The notes under the pieces were generated by a model. That model saw only the letters and a program-made list of their open reading frames with translations. It made no database searches and was not told the DNA's origin. Made by a program: the position numbers and the translations under genes. Positions 12,738 to 26,231 of a stretch of DNA of 64,000 nucleotides are shown here, piece by piece. Positions within the stretch are counted from its first letter, which is position 1, and each line of letters starts with the position of its first letter. Origin of the DNA: Podarcis tiliguerta (Eukaryota); assembly GCA_965153285.1 (NCBI GenBank), contig OZ229119.1, one strand, 5' to 3'.

Positions 12738-12897
12738 AACATAGGGAGCTGCCCTACCTGAGTCAGACCATTTGCATACATAGCTCAGTAGTGTCTACAG
12801 CGGATAGCAGCAGCTCTCTAGAGTTTCAGAGTGCGGTCTTTTCCAGACCTACTTGGATTCTGTATGCAAAGCAGATGCTTCACTGCTGAGCTGTGGT
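12738..12897 (-). mobile_element. tRNA-derived SINE (Squam3-like)
   Basis: aacatagg..gctgcc..gagtcagacca..agctcagta..gtctac..gcagcagctctc...atgcaaagcagatgct..cactgctgagct. Confidence 0.65.
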
Positions 12898-14749
12898 CTA
12901 TTACATTATTTAATCCAATACATTACAATATAAATTAAATATTTAAATCCTATAAATATCACACACACAAGTCTTCAGTTTCTGAATAAGTACCTAAGAG
13001 AGTCCCTTTGCTGGAGGTCATATGTATCAGCTGCCTCTCAAAGTCCCAGTTTGCCATTGGAACCTCACAATCAGGCCACAAAGGCGAGACTGCCCTCTCA
13101 CTGTTGTTGTTTTTCTATAAAAACAGGACATATTCATTTCTGAAATGCCAATAAACCATTTTTGTTTTAAAGAGCACAGTATTTAAATCCAATTTTATGT
13201 TACTATATGAGGTATGATGAATCATGTTTACTAAATCTTTGTGGTTTGCATGGCTTGGCAAGAATGAGGACAACGGCTGTAGAATTCTAAGCATGCTGTC
13301 TCATAAGGAAGTACCATTCAATGTAGGGAGATTTAGGATACTTCCAGATGGGGTCTTTATATTGCAAACAGGTCATTCAAATCTGATTGTTTTGTGTGCA
13401 TAATTTGCATGTTAGCTTCAATGCATTTCCTTTTTTCAGACATGGTATTTGTTGGAATTCTGCTGTTTGCCATCCACATTAGTGGACTGAACTTGATGGG
13501 ATTGGTTTCCCCACCCCACCCCCATAGCTACTCCTTCTCCATCTTTCACTGCCTCCTTCCAGTCTGGGAATGTATTTTGTACCCATGTGCACAGCTTTAA
13601 AAACAAACAAACCTCGTGAAAGTGCGCAGAATCAGAATTACCAGTCCTTCATTATTAAGTTTTACAATAGGCAAAATGGAGTTTTATGCTTTTGGGAGGG
13701 GTTGGGGAAGGGATATCAATTTCCATCACTTCGCCCCCCCCCTTAATATACTGAGGTTTTGGGCAAGAGTGATATAGCTATATTCCTCCAGTAATTTGGT
13801 AGAGGCATGTGAAAATGCTGTATTTAAAATGTGCAATAGGCTCCCATAACATTGAACAGCACAAGCACACATTCCATCACCCAAAAAAACCACAGCAGCT
13901 TTGAAATACTGAAACAAGAGGTCTTATGCAAGCTATATATATACTAAATATAGATATTTCAAAATGTTGTGAAGTAATTCCCCATATGTAGTGTGTGGAT
14001 GAAGAGCAAGGTTGCTGAAATTTGGATGTGGCAATCAGTGAAAATTGGTCTCATTTGGTCTTGGGACTGCCTGTCTGAAAGCATAATTACTGCCTGGTAA
14101 GGATTACAACCTTCCAGTGCAACATTACACATATCTACTCTTGACACGGCTCAAGGTCGCCCACAGAATGTGCAGTTTTGCACCTTAATCTCACTTACAT
14201 CATTGCAACATCCACAGTTGGGCAATACTATTTACTGAGGCAAAACAAAAAATATTGACGACAGTGTGGCAAACTTTGAGTCGTCCAGAACTCTTCACTG
14301 GGCAAAGTTATCACACAAAGCAGAGAAGTGTGCGTGCCTGACGACAAGTTCTGTAGGACTCGGAAGGTTGCGATACTTTTATGACATTTTGGCTGGTCCC
14401 CCCAAAAGCACCGCTCAGCTGTTTTGGGAGGGTGCCGCCAAGAGGGCTACCTTTGCCTTTTAAATTACCGTACTTAAAACCCCAGCATTGTCATGACTGC
14501 AGGAAAAAAGTAGGAGTCTCCTGCTGCTGCTCTAAACAACATTTATTTGGGAAAGAAAGTAATAAAATTAAACACAAGCTTTGGCAACCATGTACATTGC
14601 TGGCCTCAAGCTATATACATACTTTTCTTATCAAGGAGGATATATTATACAGTAATAGGGACCAGTATTGCCACTTTCCCCTTCATCTGTCGCTGCCCTG
14701 AGGTCCTTCCCACTCCTCCTTTTGGAACCTCACCGCCTTCCTCGTACTT

Positions 14750-15640
14750 TGAAATCAACAAACCGCGCGAGCGCGCCGTTGAAAAACAACCGCCGCCTGA
14801 GCAACAGCCCCGCGCGACTCCGCTACTTCCTTAAGCAGCGCTCACCCATTACGCACTTTGCGCGGCGGCGGCCGAACCAGAACGCTTTAAGAGGACGCTT
14901 TAAGAGCCCGCGACCTACTTTCCTACCAATACGGAGGCGGCGCCTTCGGTTTCGGCAGGGTCACGCGCTCAAGCCGCCCGCCTCCGGGAAAACTACACGT
15001 CCCAGGGTGCCCTTGGGCTGAGCCTCCCCGCCCCTCCTCCCCCGAGCACGTCCTCCCGGCGTGGCTGACGCCTGCGCGTCCTCCGATTACGACGCTCCGC
15101 CGCCCATTGGCTGGCCGAGCCTCTTGCGATGATGACGCGCTCCGGGGCAAAGGGGAGGCGACGGGAGAGCTGAAAGAGGTGGCGAGTGAAGGCGGAGGGG
15201 GCGGGATTCCCGGAGGCGCCGGCGGCACCGTGGGGACTCCCTCCCTCCGACCCCCCTCAGCGCCGGACACAGCTGGGCAGCGGAGTGAAGGCCGTCCGGT
15301 AAGCCGGGCTGAGGGGCTGGGGGGCTCCGGGTTGGGGCGCCCCCTGAGGAGCGGGCGGCGGGGCCTCGGCCGGCTTCGCTGCCGGCTGACATAGGCCGCG
15401 GGGTGGGGGGTGCGACCTCCGACCTCCTCGCTCAGGGCCTCCTTAGGCCGCGGGGGTCGTGGTGCTCGCGGGGCGCTCTCTGCCGGATGACCTCGATTTC
15501 CTGCACTCGAGCCCCTCCTCTTGGGCGGCTGCTGCTGACCTTGGGCAAGTCACTTATCGCCTCTTCTCCCACCCCGGGAGCTGTAGTGATAAGTGGCTGC
15601 GAACGGCTTTCGGACTCTCGCGAAACGCCCAAGAGTTTTA
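14750..15640 (+). promoter_or_regulatory. ADIPOR2: CpG island / ADIPOR2 promoter
   Basis: Sharp rise in GC and CpG against an AT-rich, CpG-depleted background. CCAAT at 14926-14930 and ATTGG at 15106-15110, GC box CCCCGCCCC at 15026-15034, ZNF143/THAP11-type ACTACAcgTCCCAGGGTGCC at 14992-15011, TGACGC half-CRE sites, and TCTCGCGAAA at 15616-15625. Confidence 0.88.
15150..15298 (+). other. ADIPOR2: ADIPOR2 non-coding exon 1 (start approximate)
   Basis: Donor CCG|GTAAGC with GT at 15299-15300 inside the CpG island, followed by a G-rich intron start. ADIPOR2 orthologues have a non-coding first exon. The TSS cannot be fixed from sequence. Confidence 0.7.
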
Positions 15641-17265
15641 CTTTTTAAATAAATAAATGACCAACTCCCTTGAGTGTTGTATCCGGTACCTAATACACCT
15701 GTATAGTTTGAGTCTTTGGGTATACTGAAGTAATGGAATTATTAATTAACAAGCAAACAGTGGTATTTTTTTAAAAGGCTTTTCTGCCGCCCTACGTGCT
15801 TAAAGACGCAAAACCAGCGAAGTTTTGTGTAACCTTTTTAAAGGGCTCACGAATTTTATTATGGTGTGTGGCTTTGTGGCCTCTTAGTTGATATCTCTGG
15901 AAGTTTAAGACGAAAAGAAAGAACTCAAAAACCAAGCAACTCCATTCCCGCTCTTCTCCCCCCCTCCCCCGCAAAGTAACCATGGTTATCATCCTAAACA
16001 CACTTAACACACTGCCCCTTGGGCAGCCTGCCTTACTTCTGAGTAAACATGGGCCTGCTCTTGGTTTTCCACACACATTTGGGTAGTCTTAATTGTTAAT
16101 CATCACTTTAGGAGATGTCCCAAATGGTGACAACACTTGAGGTGAAAAGCGCTGGTCATGTTTTTGTAAACTGCTTCACAGCTGTTAGCAGTTTGAGCTA
16201 ATTTGAGGAAATGAAGTGTTAAGTAGTTTTGAGGACTTCCATTTCAATAAACATGCAGAGGGCTACTTGTGAATCTCAACATTTCTATTGAGAATGTCAG
16301 TTGTCTGGGTATTTTGTACTGTACACTAGGTGTAAACCTGGACAAGAAAATGAATCTGATAAAATACTGATGTGAGAAAATACAAGTACAACCAGAGAAC
16401 TATTTTACTCTGGTGGAGAGTGTGCTAGGCTTAAAATATAACTATTATGGACAAGGCTTGGTATCAGCAATTGTGTACTTGTGTCTGTTGGCAGAAGGTA
16501 CAGCTTACACATATTTGAAATATTGGTAAAATGACAACTGTTCGCATGTATTTTATATTTGGAAATACTGCTTTACTCAGAAATCTTAACACACCTGGCC
16601 TTTTGTAAAATTGGTACTGCAATTTTTTCTTGAGAATGTGCAAAACTAATGTTCAAAGCCTATGCACTCCTTGGAGTAAGTGTAATTGAACTTAACATAA
16701 ATAAGTATGTGTATCATAAATGAGAAGTTAATCTACCTAGTTATGGAATCTTGAGCAGATTCTAGAATAGTAACTTATTGGCTGCAGTGGCAAAAAACAA
16801 ACAAACAATGACCGTTTGGCACACCAGAGACCAAGGCTACAATCTTTTTCAGAAACTCAAAGAAGTGTACAACCAACTTCACCAAAACAAAATAAAACAA
16901 TATTTTAAACCTCTATATTCTCATATATGAAACATAGTGTATCTGAAAAGTACAGTGTCACTCAAAGGATTGACAAAACAGAAGTTAAATAATGTTCTTG
17001 CAGTGGCTTGCAACATTGTTTTGGTGGCTTGTATCCATCACTGCTGTTTGTTGGATTAAATCTTAGTGGCTCATAGAAAGGCCCAAATGTGGCCCTAACT
17101 TCAACAGTCCTTTGCATTCACGTATAGGTTTAGGATTCTCCCAAAGTGGTCATCTAATTATTTATAGCTTTGTTACCAAGAAACATATTCCTTGTTTATA
17201 AAGAAACTGCATATATGGTAACTTCACTCTAACAAATATAGCTTTTTATGTTTTCAAACTGTACT

Positions 17266-17465
17266 NNNNNNNNNNNNNNNNNNNNNNNNNNNNNNNNNNN
17301 NNNNNNNNNNNNNNNNNNNNNNNNNNNNNNNNNNNNNNNNNNNNNNNNNNNNNNNNNNNNNNNNNNNNNNNNNNNNNNNNNNNNNNNNNNNNNNNNNNNN
17401 NNNNNNNNNNNNNNNNNNNNNNNNNNNNNNNNNNNNNNNNNNNNNNNNNNNNNNNNNNNNNNNNN
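17266..17465. other. Assembly gap (200 N) in ADIPOR2 intron 1
   Basis: Run of exactly 200 n. Confidence 1.
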
Positions 17466-20400
17466 GCGGCTGATAGGTAACAAACCACCTTTGCTCTTAA
17501 TCTTATGTTCCCAGTTTCTCCTAGGGGCGAAGAGAACTAGAAGTCACCTGCTTCCTGGCAGGTTTTCATTTGTCTTAGAAGGAAAACAAGCACGGGACCT
17601 TTTCTTTATCCAGCTTAGCTAACACATTTAATACCTGAGTAGCACTGCTGCAGATCCTTTCAACTAGAATGCTTGCATGGCCTGATCTCTTTTACCAATG
17701 GCAGACCTCTCTTACCACTGAGAGGGAGCTCCAAAAACATCCTTCGGCATTTTTCAGAGACTATAAGATTGCACCATATGTGTTATATATGTTTATTTAC
17801 TGCTCAGACTGTTAAGACTTACAGCTGAGAGATTTCATCATGTGTTCCTTGGTCAACAGTTTGACTCAAATGACAGAGTTGTTGAGTCAATCAGATGACC
17901 TACATTCTGCTGACCTGAAAAGGTGTGGAAGTGAAAAGAGAACAAATATTGTTAAGTATTTTTAGTGAGAAAGTGAAATATTGCTAAGGATTATTATATA
18001 AGGATTCTTATTAATACCTGTATCCCTGTTCACATAGAGGGTAGGCACCCCAAGGGCTGTATAATTATTATTTTTATTATTACTCACCCTTCACCAGCAG
18101 TAGATCTCCCAGTCCACCTATGCAGAGGGATGAAGGTGATCTTCCCTAGCAGGTCACCACATTGCAGGGAGTGGAGCAGGGGAGGCTTTGGGCTTGCTAG
18201 ATACAAAGCCCTCCAGGTCTCCCAGCAAGCTCCCAGAACACAGGAAAAGTAAGTGAGGCCTGACTCTAATGTATTATTTCAGTCCCATTGGGAGCAGTGG
18301 GAGAGAAAATCCATAAAAAGTGGCTTCAAAGTTAAGAAGGGACCCCCTCTCTCCTGTATACACACACACATTGTGCCATGTTGGTATGAGCCGGGCACAG
18401 CTTTTGATTGGGCAGCTTTTTCACCTTCACATCTTCGCCTTCTGCCTCTCCTGCACTCCCTTTGCTCTGCTCATTCATTGTTAAACAGTAACTTGTGTAT
18501 GCATAGCCGGGGAAGGGAGTGCTATTACACAAGAGTGTCTAGAACAGTTTGCCACCAGTATTGAAGATTCTTTGGGACAAATTTTAGGTGAAAGGGTTGT
18601 TGACTTTAGTTGCATAAAGCACTCGAAATGAGCTTGCCGAGCACTATTTAAAGAGCTTGTTTACCAATGTGTACAGTGCACTGGACTTCTGCCTGTGTGT
18701 TGCGTCCATTTTTTAAAAGGTGTTTACATTTCCCTTTGGAAATAAATCCTCACCCGCTTTAAAAAGTAGAAGTCCATATTGGCCAGTTGACATAAAGTAT
18801 TCCACTAAGAAATTGCAACTCAGCTATTACTTGTTGCATGTTTATGGATCCAAGGCTGTTCGGTCTGAGTTCTAGCCCCTTCTCTGCATTCTGAGATGTC
18901 TTGAGTACTTTGTTTCTGAAGGTGCCCAGCCTGCCATGTCTACCTCTTAGTTAACTTGGATGTTTCAGAGTTGAAATTAAAGATCTAATAAATGTTTAAG
19001 TTAAAATAAAATGATTTTGCTTTTGCCAGCCTACAGTCCTACATAAATAGGTGGAAACACATAGTTCAGTTGTATGCATGTTTATCTGTAAACACCTGGT
19101 CTTTGAGCATTTTTGCATTGGAAAACTTACTCCTGTTTCACTGTCATGGGATTGTTGTCAGAATAATAGTTAAGGGGTTGCTGCTAACCTCAGAGAACTC
19201 TGCCAGAACTAGTAGGCCTCAAAGAAATATTGGTCTCTCCTCCTCTGCCCGCTCCCCCTTGCTGAACCACTGGCAAGGAATTATATTGTACTAATACGAA
19301 AAGTCAGAAGAAACCACTATATTTTTCAACCCTAGGTAAGTAAAGGAAGTGGATCATGCTGCTGGGCATTCCCTGAAATTTAGGCAATGTGGTGTAGTTG
19401 TTAGAGGGCAATCCTACATCCATCACTTGCCTCATCTCACTCACCCTACCTCATGTGGGTAGTATGGGCATGCATGGGCCATCCCTCTAAAACGGATGTA
19501 GAAGTATTGTCCTTAGAACAGCCCATCTTAAAATTCACAAAGACTACAGTCTATGTTTCTAAATACAGCTCTGAAAGGAGACTCACTTCACTGCAAAAAA
19601 CCTCTGTATTTAGGTAAGGACATATTCCCACCACACTACTCTTTGCTGTTTTGCTTTGACTGCTCTAAAGTATTAAAATATACTTGAATACCAGAACATC
19701 ACTTGACTAGATTTACAAAGTCATGCAACAGATATACATATCTTCTCTTCCTCAATCAATCCTGTTGGTCAGGTTCTACCTGTGTCCTTGGAGCTGGGTG
19801 AGCAAAATAAGATGTCCATAGATATTCAATTGAGTAATTTTCAGGTATGGATATTATATATTTGGTTGGCTAAGCTCATGGCTTACAATGGAAGCATCTT
19901 TTGGATTAAGTAAGCCCACATTGTACAACTAAGTAACCAGTTTTACAACATGTCACTTTTAATTACTGTATAGCACTGTGGTGGTGTAATTAAAGTAAAC
20001 AAATATAATAAAGAATTGTTGGGTACATGCATACAGCACCTTCAGTTTGAAGCGTAGCCCTATTAAAGGAGCTGTGATATTTAATGGGCATGCCATATGC
20101 AAATTGAGATCAAACTTGTCCAGTATATTGTAGGGGGGAAACAGCTTGGCAGCCAATGCAGTTTTGCTGTAGGTGGAGTTTTGGCTTTTATCTCCTGAAG
20201 GATCTGGGCATGGGTTGGTAATCTCTTCCACGGTGAATGCCAAGCTCAGTTTTCCCTGAACTGGGTTAAAGTGCAACATCTTGCCTGTATCTGTTTGTCA
20301 AGATAGCAGGGGTAAGAAACTCTGAAAGTGCTACTTGCTAGGATTGTGTAGCATATAATAGATGAAACACTTGCGTTTCATGTTACCCTTATGTCTTGTT

Positions 20401-21217
20401 TTATTGGAGTTTAATATTCAGTCTGTGGTTTAATTTCTTAAACTGTAGTCCTTTGTATTTACCATGAAATATTTTTTGTTGAAATTGGTATAATTTACTT
20501 CTCAGTAACTGTGGATAGGGTATGATTATTAAATGTTTTACCTAACACTTAGTGCAAACTGCAGGATGGGTTTGGTAGCACTGTGGATCTTATTCATTTA
20601 TGAAATCTTATTTGTATACTTCAAATATTCAAAAGTTTTGAATTGCCAGAGAGAATTTTGGTATTTTGGCCTTTTGGGTGATGTGGTGTAGGATAGTGGC
20701 ATTTTCTCCTTCTCCAGCATGATTTTTCTTATTCTTTACACCAAAAGCTACACTACTACTTAATATCTAAGCCTCAGAACTTGTAATGCACATCCATGTA
20801 TGTGGTATGTAGACAGCCTTTGACTTATTTGTATATCCTTCAAGGCCATTAAATGTTCAGTAGGGAGTAAACATGATTCTGTAGTGCTCTGACATGGATC
20901 AACTATCCTTAGTTTTCTTTAATCAACAGTCTGAAATGCTCTGCCTTGCATAGTTAAATAAGCATTGGATTCTGACATATATTAATTCTATGCAGAGTCA
21001 TAGTAGGACAGAACTACTTCAGATTGAACATTCTGTGGTTGCACAGACTTTTGAAGCCTATTCCAGGAGTGTCTCTGTAGATTTTATGTATGGTTTGTAA
21101 TATGGGATTTGTAAATAGTATTTATATTGTAATTGAGCTGTTCTCTCAGTTGCATTTCTTGAAAAACTGGTAGTGAAATTAATAGGGAATGGCTTACTCA
21201 GTTGTTTCTTCTGAGCT

Positions 21218-21246
21218 ACAACAACAACAACAACAACAACAACAAC
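21218..21246. repeat. (ACA)n microsatellite, likely the tail of an adjacent short LINE fragment
   Basis: Directly visible. Confidence 0.95.
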
Positions 21247-21547
21247 TTCATTATTTCTACCCCGCCCATCTGGCTGGGTTTCCCCAGCCACTCTGGGTGG
21301 CTATATCTGCGATATCTCCCATACTTTGAATACCTAGCTTTATAAATTGCATGCCACTGGATAGAAGTTTAAACTTCTAAATTCTGGCATTTTGCTTGTC
21401 TCCCTTAGTGGTCACAATCTCCCATCTGCTTTACATGTAAATGTACATGATTGGACGTATGCATCTTTGAGTTGGTCTGATGGACTAGCAAATGGATTTT
21501 AAGATCCCTATGCTACTTGAAGAGCATAGACAACTACCAAGGACTTA

Positions 21548-21983
21548 CCATATTTTTCGCACCATAGGACACAGTTTTTCTGTTTTAAAAACTAAGGGGG
21601 AAAGTCTGTGCGTCCTATGGAGCGAATGCAGGGGGGGAGGCAGGCAGGAAAAGCCCCCAAGAGCCACACACAAGCTTTGTGCGGCTCTTGCAGGCTTTTC
21701 CCCAGGAGGGAGAAGAGACTGACGCAGTCAGTCAGTCCCTTCTCCCTCCTCTAGAAAAGCCTTGCGCAATCTCTCCAGCCGGGGGGAGGCTGCGCAAGGC
21801 TAAAGAGGAAGCCCGGGCAGCGAGCGCGATCCATCCCCTCGCTGCCCGGGCTTCCTCTTTATCCTTGCGTGCCTCTCCAGTTGCGGGAGGCTGAGCAATA
21901 ATAATATTTTTACCCTTGATTTCCCCCTCTAAAAACTAGGTGTGTCCTGTGGTCCGGTGCGTCCAATAGAGCGAAAAATACGG
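21548..21983. mobile_element. pogo/Tc2-like MITE with internal hairpins
   Basis: TA|CCATATTTTTCGC...GCGAAAAATACGG|TA terminal inverted repeats and a GC-rich interior. Confidence 0.85.
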
Positions 21984-23007
21984 TACTACCCACAAAATGT
22001 TCAAGCTTTCTTAGAGTACAAATGATAATTGTCAATATCATAGTTCTATTTTTTATGATAATATTATTTCTTGGAACTCATTGAGCCAAGTTGTAATCTT
22101 TGCATTAAGGCCAATGTGTACCCATGTAAAAAGCCGCCTTGTCTTTTTTGTGTGTGTGTCCTCTGTCGCAAAATGCTGCTCTAAAAAAGGAAATGAGACA
22201 ATGTTGCATTCTTAAGGGTTGACTTTACTCTGGCTTATGTGGTACTTCAGGCTCTATTATTCTGAAAATAGTCACGTTTGTCAACAGTTCAAACATGGCT
22301 GTGACCAGAGTGCTATTCTTAACCTTGACTGTCTCTTGACAAATACTTTTCCTTCAAACTTCTGCTCACATAATGATATCTGAATGGAGTAAATCTTTAT
22401 ATTTGTTTCATGCTTAAATTAAAGTTATTACAATGTTAATTATAGACTGCTGTTCATTTGTCATGGAAAATGTTTATGCCACAGGTTTTGATCGAATGGT
22501 AAATGTTGTGCCATGACCGTGTTATGTCTGCCCTAGTACTTAAATGAGATAGGTTCTGTGTTTAGCTACAGAGAGTAGTAATACAGAACTGCAACCACTC
22601 TTAATTGTAAATCTCATCATTTATCAATCATGTAGTTAAATATCATCCAATGGCTAGCATGAGTTCAAGTACAACAACATTCCCCCCCGCCCCCGTATTT
22701 GTGTCAGCACAGAACTATAGGCATACTGAAACAGGAGTTTGGGTTGGGAAGCAAAGAAAAATCAACAGGATTTGGGATTTGATACCAGACAGCCAGAGCA
22801 GTGCTGAAGGCTAGAGGAGTGATTCAAAATTATAGTTCTTTTGTGTTTTTGTGATTATAACTTTGACAGCCTATATTGACTCTTGCTGCAAATATTTGTA
22901 CTAGAAGGCTAGGAGGGATATATTTTGATAGATAAACAATGAACTATCTTTCACTGTGACCGCAAACATTTATATACACAAAACAAGAGAGCCTGAAACT
23001 TCTGAGG

Positions 23008-23468
23008 CAGACGTTTTCAACCTTTTTGAGTCCACCGCTCCCTTAACTAACTACATGCTTTCTGTGTCACCCCTGTGGGGCTCAGGAGCCCAGTTAAGTC
23101 ACCCCTTGCTTGCAGAGCTGGCAGCCCCTCACCCTTTTTTGAATATCCTCCCTTGTGGAGTGTTCCCTTCACCGCCTCGCCTCTCCCTTCTCTTTGGGAG
23201 ACCTCTGAGCAGCTGCTGCCGCAGTACCTGGTCTGTGAGCTGCAGCCCCCCAAAGAGAGGTGCCTCCCAGAGGCACCATTTGCCTGCGGAGCTTATAGCC
23301 AGGGCTACTGCAATAAACAGTTGTGCAAGCCTTTGGGAGGCAGAGATGCGAGGGGGCATCAGAGGAGAGAGGGAAGTAAACGGGAGCAGAGACCAGTGTT
23401 GCTGCGGCACCCCTGACCATCATTCAAGGCACCCCAGGGTGCCATGGCACACTGGTTGAAAACCACTG
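23008..23468. mobile_element. hAT (Charlie-like) non-autonomous element
   Basis: TIRs CAGACGTTTTCAACC / GGTTGAAAACCACTG, 8-bp TSD ttctgagg / ctctgagg (7/8). Confidence 0.85.
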
Positions 23469-24634
23469 CTCTGAGGGATATTGTCAGGCCATGCCTGTGA
23501 ATCTTCCATTGGGGTCATTGCTCACAGCCATGCCATATTTGTGCTGCCTAAAGTCCTTTTTTTTTATTTTTTTAAGTGCACCAAGTGATTCTTATCTTGA
23601 TCTGGAATGTGCATATGGGATTAATGTTCAGATAGCATCACTTAATATATTTTCAAGAATGCCCTTCTTTAACTGTAACATTATATTAGAATGACATTAT
23701 ATGGTTCACCCTGTACCAATGGACATGACTTGTACTAATATTAACTTGTGTATTTATCTTTGTGATTCAGCCGTCTTCCATACAAGATTCTAATTGTCTG
23801 AGAAATCTATTATATAAACCACATATCTTATCTCTTGTGTAACTCTACTGCATAAAAAGTACAAAGGGCAGACCTTTTGCAACTCTGAGTTTGCAAACCC
23901 AAGTTATAACTAAAATTAGCACATGACCTCACACTTGTAAGCAGAGCAAACACAGTTCTATATCTGATTCCACATGAAAAAGTTACTAGTCTATAATGGC
24001 TGCATTGCTGGACAGTTGCACCCCTTAATTGCTGTATATGTATGAACTAGTTGTTCAAGGTCTGTTGTTGCATACTCTGAAGTTGCTCTGGTTGCATCAC
24101 TGCGGTATTAAGATAGCTAGTTAATTGAATTTTTAAGATGCTTATACTCTCTTCCCCTAATGGTCAATAATGGCAGTAACTGTTAACAGAAAGTAGGGAA
24201 CAGGAAAGCATTTTTGGAACACTTTTCAAAGCACATTCCTTCTACCAATCATACAAACTTGAGGAAAGGAGAACTGGTGTTTTTCTAGTCATGTGTTTCA
24301 GTTAACATGGGTGATGTAATCTCACTTATCTGCTGCTACAGTCCTTGGTTGTATAACTTAAAATGACTGTAGCACACGGAAGAGCATTTGCATGACCAAA
24401 GGTGCATATGTGCTTCTAGTGCTAAAGGTTAAATATTGTATGCACCTCTATTTACTGCTGACATTATCTGGCAGAAAGGTAATAGCTAACAAGAAAGCCC
24501 TGAAATTGCAGGCTTTGGATCCAAAGTTCTGCAGATCTCCAGGAGATCCTCAGCTACACCAGCCCTGGTGCTGTCATAGTGAAACTCGACCCACCTTCTG
24601 CCCTGGCCAGTGTGAGTTGACAGGGCTTGAGATA

Positions 24635-24676
24635 GTGTGTGTGTGTGTGTGTGTAAGACAGACAGACAGACAGACA
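24635..24676. repeat. (GT)n plus (AGAC)n microsatellite
   Basis: Directly visible. Confidence 0.95.
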
Positions 24677-24736
24677 CTATACACTACTGAGAACTGTTCT
24701 GTAAATAATCTCCTGGCTCTCAAAAGAAACCTCAAA

Positions 24737-24868
24737 CACGAATTATAGAGTTGGAAGGAACCCCAAAAATAATCTAGTCCAACCCCCTACAATGCAGAAA
24801 TCCTGCCCATAGCCATCCCTGGGTGGGCCTGAGCCACTAACCTTCTGGTTAACAGCCAGGCACACTGG
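24737..24868 (-). mobile_element. SINE with a tRNA-like head and CR1-derived tail
   Basis: The left part matches the CR1 3'UTR of the 37.8/55.9-kb copies (gaattatagagttggaagg...ctagtccaaccccct). The right part is tRNA-like (ggctgttaaccagaaggtt on the minus strand). Confidence 0.65.
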
Positions 24869-26231
24869 CTGTCCATATTGCCATTGCATTTTATCAGAGG
24901 CCATGTTGTATGCAAGTTCTGTGTTGGAGACAACTGTGGAATTTTACTAGTCCCTGAACACTTTTATTTTTGTCTGTTAATACTTTGTTGTCTGCCTAGG
25001 CAATTTGCTGTTTGAAAAACTCAGCTATTGTGTTTATCAGCAGTTTACAGGTAACAAAAAGCAGCTGTTGGGGACACACATTCTGTCTGCTGGAGTTTTG
25101 GTATTACTGATGTCTCTTTGTTAGCAAAGTGTTACTTCCCCCATTGACAAAAAGCAACTGCACACATTCTCATTGTTACATTGAAAGTGACCTCAGATGG
25201 GCTCCTCTGCATAAAGCAGAAAGACCTAGGAATTCTTGGTATTAGTATGTCAGGCATTAAAGTTTCCCCCAGGAGACTGGTCTTTATTTGCAGAAGAAAG
25301 GTTGATGGTTGTTGTTTTTATATGGGGGATTGTACACACATTCAGCTTTATGTATGACAAGGCAGAAATGGGGCAGGGATTCAGGAATAATGGCTTTGGC
25401 AATCCCACTTGCTACTGAACCCGATGGATTTTGACTAGGCAATTTTGGCTTTAGGTGTGATCCAGATCATAGCCCCCATATAAATTGCAGACTTACTGTA
25501 CATCAGAACAACCTTGAACAATGGTTAGGTGTCTTCCCTGACTCATCATTAAAATTGCGCTGCCTGATTAATCAGTTAAAGCTTCTTACTAATTAAAGCT
25601 TGAAGATTAGTTACAAGCTATAAAGTCTCTGCAAAACCTTTGTCTTCCATTTGTGACATGCACATGCAATACAGAAGTGGAGACCATTCAAGATAATTGT
25701 TTAAGCTTATGTCAGCTGAGTACAAGATTTTCCTATCAAAATGATGACATTTACAAGTATTTCTGACTAGTCTTTGGTAGTCTTCACTCCCTTTAGGAGG
25801 TGTATAAGACACATGCTTTGGTGTGTTGACAGAACCTTGTGCTATAACCTCTGGTCTTGTGATCATGCTTAACTGAGAACCAAATGTCAAGATAGAGTTT
25901 GCAGTGAACAGTATCCACATTGTTTTGCAGTTGATTGTTGCTACATAATAAAAAGCTCTATATTTAAAGTGAATCATGGAATTGGTAATTTTTACCTTCC
26001 ATAACACCACAGATGCTCCTCTAAAGCTTATTAACTTCAGTCCTAGGGAAATGCGAATTCTCCATGATTGGCTTTCAGCATCTTCAAAAGTGACTATAAG
26101 TTGGATGTTAACATAATTATAGGCTGGCATGTTTATCAATGACAGTTTTGTTTCCTTTTTCAGGACTAGCCAATCTGTCATCGCTTCTTGCCGGAGAAAA
26201 TAAGAACCTTTCTTGAGAAGACCCTGGTCTC

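Noticed and set aside
14668-15656. Several 80-117-aa Pro/Arg/Gly-rich ORFs
   Set aside because: Stop-poor CpG-island sequence giving low-complexity translations with no homology.
17229-17622. ORFs spanning poly-X
   Set aside because: Artefacts of the 200-N assembly gap.
22956-23459. 167-aa ORF and overlapping ORFs
   Set aside because: They lie in a GC-rich non-autonomous hAT element and show no transposase motifs.
25618-26181. Longest non-genic ORF (187 aa, minus strand)
   Set aside because: No recognisable domain or codon bias; it is antisense to ADIPOR2 intron 1 and the exon-2 acceptor, and compatible with chance.
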